From assembly GCF_000281045.1 (NCBI RefSeq), contig NW_008246089.1, forward strand, positions 392,737 to 417,658: a stretch of 24,922 nt of DNA, given 5' to 3'. The notes beneath the pieces were generated by a model, which had not been told where the DNA came from, made no database searches, and saw nothing but the letters and a program-made list of their open reading frames with translations. The DNA comes from Saprolegnia diclina VS20 (lineage: Eukaryota). Both the position numbers and the translations under genes were made by a program. Position 1 is the first letter of the stretch; every line of letters starts with the position of its first letter. Below, in pieces: positions 19,985-24,922 of the stretch.

Positions 19985-22229
19985 ATGACTGCCACCAACT
20001 CGCTCTTGCGCTGCGTCGAGGAGCGCACGCTCCCACCGTTCGAAGACCTCACGGTCGACGAGATGGCGCCGGCCGTCCGCACCGCGCTGGCCAAGCTTGA
20101 GGCCGACATCGCGGCCTTTGAAGATGAACTCCGTGAGGCCAACGCCGACGTGCGCTACGAGACGATCTTGGACCGCCTCGAGGTCGAAGCCGACGGGCTG
20201 GACCGTATTTGGGGCATTGTCGGCCACCTCATGAGCGTCAAGAACTCGCCGGCGCTCCGCGAAGTGCACTCGGAGCTCCAGAACCAAGTGGTGACGGTCC
20301 TCACGCGCGTTGCGCAGAGCGTCGAGATCTTCCAGGCGCTCAAGGAGCTCCGCGAAGGCAAGGTGTGGGAGACGTACTCGGGTGCGCAGCAGGTACTAGT
20401 CTTCGCAGCACCTCTCGATGCTGATCAAAGACATGTAGCGTATCATCGAGTCCTCGCTGCGGTCGGCGACGCTCAGCGGTGTGGGCCTCACTGGCAACGA
20501 GAAGGAGCGCTTCAACGAAATTCAACTCCGCGCCGCCGAGCTCGTACGTCTTTCTTCACCAAGTAAATCGGATCGCTGATTCTCGCTGTGCTAGTCGACC
20601 AAGTTTTCCAACAACGCGCTCGATGCGACCAAGGCGTTTTCCCTTATCGTCTCGGACAAGGCCGAGCTCGACGGCCTTCCCGCGTCGCTCTTGCAGATGC
20701 TGGCGCAGAACGCTGCCGCCGACGGCCACGAGGGCGCCACTGCCGAGGAAGGTCCGTGGAAGCTCTCGCTCGACATGCCGGTCTACCTGCCCGTGCTCAA
20801 GTACTGCACGAACCGGGCGCTGCGTGAGACGCTGTACCGCGCCAACTCGTCCAAGGCGAGCGCCGACCCGTTCGACAACGTCGCGATCATCAACGAGACG
20901 CTGCGTCTTCGCCAAGAGAAGGCCAAGCTGCTCGGCTTTGCGACGTTTGCGGAGCTGAGCTTGGCCAAGAAGATGGCGCCGTCCGTCGAGGCCGTCGAGC
21001 AAATGACCAACGAGCTCCACGCCAAGTGCTTTACGATCGCCGAGTCGGAACTCGCGCAGCTCAACGCGTATGCGGCCACCCACGGCGTGACCGAGCCGCT
21101 CGCCAACTGGGACGTGCCGTTTTGGTAAGCTCTCGAACTCTAGAGTCGGTTGCTCACGGCGCTGCATAGGACGGAGAAGATGCGCCTCGAACTCTACTCG
21201 CTCGACGACGAAGCCATCAAGCCGTACTTCCCGCTCCACAAGGTCCTGGACGGTCTCTTTGCGCTGGCGTCGCGCCTCTTTGGCATCGTCATTGAAGCCG
21301 CCGACGGCCAAGCGCAGGTGTGGCACAAGGACGTGCGCTTCTTCAACATTCGATCGGCCGAGTCGAACGAGATCATTGCGCGCTTCTTCCTCGACTCGTT
21401 TGCGCGCCCGGCCGAGAAGCGCGGCGGTGCGTGGATGAACAGCGCGGTCGGCCGTTCCAAGCTCCTTGGCGCGGATGGCGCCATTCGCATCCCGGTGGCG
21501 TACCTCATTTGCAACCAGTCGCCGCCCGTCGGCGACAAGCCGAGCTTGATGAACTTTCGCGAGGTCGAGACGCTCTTCCACGAGTTTGGCCACGGCCTCC
21601 AGCACATGCTGACGACGGTCGAGCACGAAGCGGCCGCCGGTATCAACGGCGTCGAGTGGGACGCCGTCGAGCTCCCGTCGCAGTTTATGGAGAACTTTTG
21701 CTATCACCGCGGTACGATCAACGACATTAGCGGCCACTACGAGACCAACGAGCCGCTGCCGGCCGAGCTCTTTGAGAAGATTTGCGACGCGCGCAAGTAC
21801 ATGGCCGCGTCCGGGATGCTGCGCCAGCTCTACTTTGGCGCGCTCGACATGCACCTCCACCACAAGTTTGACCCGTCGGGCGACGAGACCATCTTTGACG
21901 TGCAGAAGGCGATTGCCGCCAAGTTCACCGTGCTTGCGCCCTTGCCCGAAGACCGGTTCTTGTGCTCGTTCTCGCACATCTTTGCCGGTGGGTACTCGGC
22001 CGGCTACTACAGCTACAAGTGGGCCGAAGTCCTCTCGTGCGACGCCTTCAGCAAGTTTGAGGAAGCCGGCTTGGACGACGAAGCCGCGCTCGCCAAGACC
22101 GGCCGCGAGTTCCGCGACACGGTGCTCGCGCTCGGCGGGTCGCGCCACCCACTTCAGGTCTTTGAGGCGTTCCGTGGCCGTCCCCAGAGCACCGAGCCGC
22201 TCTTGAAGCAGTACGGCCTCACGGCGTAA
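19985..22229 (+). CDS. Oligopeptidase A (peptidase M3A), copy 2, no presequence; 4 exons, ~700 aa
   Basis: [32 protein letters not shown]. Exons 19985-20392, 20439-20543, 20595-21124 and 21170-22229 total 2103 nt in frame. Confidence 0.93.
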
Positions 22230-22824
22230 GAGAAACAAGTTGTCTGTGCATAGTTGTCCATTCCTGGGTCGCTCACCACGCAGCACCAACGTGTCGTTGA
22301 ACAGCGAGGTCGACGTGGGCAGAAACGTAGATTCTATTGCAGTGTTTATCGCACGCTTCTGTGGAACTGACTCGGCGACACCGAGGCAGCGGCGAGACAG
22401 GCGCCAAGACGTTGAAACCGCCTCTTGTCCGAGAGAAGAACGACAGACAAGACAAGCTACCTGCGTGGACCGCGTGCGTCAAAGGGCTCGCCATCGCCCT
22501 GTACTTGTATGTACTACGGCGACCATGTACTGGCATGCAGGAGCATGCGCGGTGGCGTCGACTTGGGTGACTTGCACGTTGAAGTTGGCACATCCTAATT
22601 CGGCCGGGACCTTCGATATTCTGGCCTAATTAGGCACCACATTGCACCACACCAGGCGTGTCCCACGTGTTGAGGTCAACAACACTTGATCGCGGCTGGA
22701 GTCCTTGGGCGGAGACGACGACGGCGATGGCCAAGAAGGAGCACTTTCGATACACGGTGTCCAACTTGATCATCTTTCTCTTCCCGCCCTTCCGAGCGAC
22801 GCGCAGGTAGACGCGCTTCATGCC

Positions 22825-24125
22825 ATGCCTCGACGACTCATGGAGGCTGCTAGCGGCTTTCTCAACCTGTGCTTTCTCTACCCGCTGCAATGGTGCGAGT
22901 CGGTGCTCATCCAGCCGACGAGCCGACTGCGGCGCCACATGCCACTGCTCGGCGGCATCTGCGTCATCTGTCTGACTTTGGGCAGCATGCTGCTTCGGTC
23001 GGCGTGGCAGTGGCTCCACGATGTCATCTCGGGCACGTTCTCGTCCACGGACGCCAAAGTCAACTTTGAGGCGTTCTGGAGTGGCATCTACCACGACTAT
23101 GCGTTTCTCGAAGGCAATGCGAATTGGTCGCTCGTGCATCGGCTCTTTGGCGACAAGATTGACGGCGCGACGACCGAGCACGACCTCTGGACCGCACTTG
23201 TCGACAGCATTGCGCTCCTCGACGACCCGTGCGTCACCATCTCCAACGTCTCGATCCCCAACAACAACCGCGTTCGGTCCATGGACCTCGACGGCTGGGT
23301 CCGCGACCAGCTCGACAACTACAATGTGATTGCCAACCAGTTTACGTGGGGCGTCGTTCGGCACTCGACGCCAATCGGGTACCTCTCGCTCTCGGCGCTG
23401 GAGGGCTTTGTCGAGCTCCAACTGCCGTTCGAGCTGCGGTCGTGTGGCACGCGGCGCAAGCCGTGCACCAAGGTGTCCTTCTCGTTGCGTCCAACTCCAT
23501 TGAACGTCCAACGTAGGGCTTGGTGCCCGAGATGTACGACCTCGAAGCAATGCGATGGGCGATGGAAGCCATCGTGACGCACCTCCACGCCACGCATCTG
23601 CACGGACTCATTTTGGACTTGCGCCACAGCACCGGTGGTGGCTCGTACATTGTGTCACTCGTCCTCGCGTCGTTCTTCAAGCCGCCGTCGTTTGCCTTCA
23701 TCATGGAGGAGCGGCTTCAGAAGCGGCAGTTCCACGTGCCGACGTCGCGACTGCGCTACGACGGACCGCTCGCAATCCTCCAAGGCACCGAGACGGCACG
23801 GTACGTCTTCTATGGCGAGTGTCTGTGTGAGCACTTGGGTAGGACCAGCGAGCTCCTCCTCCTCGCCCTCCTGCACCGCCCCAAGACGTGTCGACTCGGC
23901 GCCAAGACGGCCGGCAGGCTCTCGGACGTGCGCGAGATGTCGCTACCCAACGGCTGGGTCGTCGACGTTCCCTACCAGCGCTGCTATGGCGAGGACGGCA
24001 AGCAGTACCAGAAGACGGGCATTCCACCACAGAAAGCTCTGCCCGAGCCGCAGTGTTGGGCAGCAGCCCTCGAGTACCTCGACCGCGAGTGGCAGCATAC
24101 GCACAATGAAGCAGCGTCGTCGTAA
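22825..24125 (+). CDS. Peptidase S41 family homolog (tricorn C1-like + S41 domain) with N-terminal TM segment; catalytic motif degenerate
   Basis: NFEAFW....DYAF....NW, IGYL, GLILDLRHSTGGG, G.KTAG..S, LPNGW and GIPP. Exons 22825-23472, 23517-23800 and 23843-24125 (1215 nt). The start is uncertain. Confidence 0.78.
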
Positions 24126-24189
24126 CACCGTATCTCTCATTCAGATAGTGCTCTTCTTCACTTATACCGACGTACATGTTGCCAAGAAG

Positions 24190-24762
24190 CTACCGAAGCA
24201 GACCGAGCGTGTCGGGGGCGACACGGACTTGGCTCGTTCCAATCGCACGCAACAGGAGGTCCGCGACGGCCTTGCGCGTCTCAAGACTGCTCTCGGGGGC
24301 AAACAGCGGAAGCAGCTGCAGACCGAGGCGCATGATTCCATCCTCGCAGTGATCGCGTAGATATACGAGCATCGGCGACTGCTTGCGGGCGGCCGCGCAG
24401 CAGAGCGCAAGGAGGTGGCAGGTCCGAAGCGGCGTCTTCGCAATGAGGAACGTGACGCCGTCGACGTGGCCGAGCGCGACGAGTGCATCCATCGTGCGCT
24501 GTAACCAGCACTCGCGCTGCGTTTCGACGAGCCGGCCAAGCCCGTGGACGCCAAACGCCGCGAGCCACGTATCGAAACGAAGGAAGAAGGCGTGCGTGAA
24601 GAGGTGCACCTCGTGGTAGATGCGGACCAGCGGCCGGACGCACGCGTGCACGCCGTCTTGGTACGACACGATGAGTACGAGCAAGCCGGGGCAGACGAGC
24701 GCGGCCTGCGACGTCTGCGGCGACGTGAACCGGAGCCGCTTCGCGCCTTGTCGCGTGAGCAT
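24190..24762 (-). CDS. Small protein resembling saprolegnialean ankyrin-repeat-like family
   Basis: ATG-started 190 aa ORF. ALVCPGLLVLIVSYQDGV resembles the N-terminal motif of this family, and TMDALVALGHVDGVTFL is a degenerate ankyrin-like repeat. Confidence 0.6.
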   Translation of the reverse strand: MLTRQGAKRLRFTSPQTSQAALVCPGLLVLIVSYQDGVHACVRPLVRIYHEVHLFTHAFFLRFDTWLAAFGVHGLGRLVETQRECWLQRTMDALVALGHVDGVTFLIAKTPLRTCHLLALCCAAARKQSPMLVYLRDHCEDGIMRLGLQLLPLFAPESSLETRKAVADLLLRAIGTSQVRVAPDTLGLLR

Positions 24763-24922
24763 TGGTGCCAGATATTAATGGCGGGAACGCAGACAAACGA
24801 AACGGACTGTCGATTGGCAACTGGAACTTGAGGCGCCGAAAGCAAGGCGCAGAGGCCGTAGCGTCCACCACGATGGAGCACGTCGGTTGAACGCGGCCTT
24901 GGGAGGACGTCGAGCTCACTCG

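Noticed and set aside
20556..22289. 577 aa antisense ORF opposite oligopeptidase copy 2 (similarly 10498-11583, 5618-7042 and 29-775)
   Set aside because: These are antisense shadows of real genes caused by strong C/G third-position bias. They have no recognisable motifs.
1..24922. CRISPR arrays, tRNA/rRNA genes, transposase or reverse transcriptase ORFs
   Set aside because: None were seen by eye. The window is eukaryotic and mostly protein-coding.

Overview
Gene-dense, GC-rich eukaryotic DNA with very short GT-AG introns (42-57 nt) and oomycete-type Inr/FPR core promoters. It most resembles a saprolegnialean oomycete (Achlya/Saprolegnia-like; this is inference). Genes in order: NADPH oxidase/Rboh-like (-), ecdysteroid-kinase-like/APH phosphotransferase (-), a ~1760 aa internally duplicated multi-pass membrane protein (-), ornithine decarboxylase (+), a 9-exon PSI-like/LEA_2-like membrane protein (-), DUF1348/SnoaL-like protein (-), a CxxC-containing hypothetical protein (+), a head-to-head pair of oligopeptidase A (M3A) paralogs with a MITE-like hairpin between them, a catalytically degenerate S41 peptidase homolog (+) and a small ankyrin-like protein (-). 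The most striking observation is in the AUG-free leader of ODC. It encodes ...FDFNVEPEWFPCR*, which matches the polyamine-sensing non-AUG uORF (uCC) of animal AZIN1/ODC. The apparent N-terminal half of that peptide (PRRRRK...LVGP) lies in a different frame that ends at CUU-AGU-GUU-UGA, so joining the halves would need an antizyme-style +1 frameshift. Reference sequences were recalled from memory and no searches were run.
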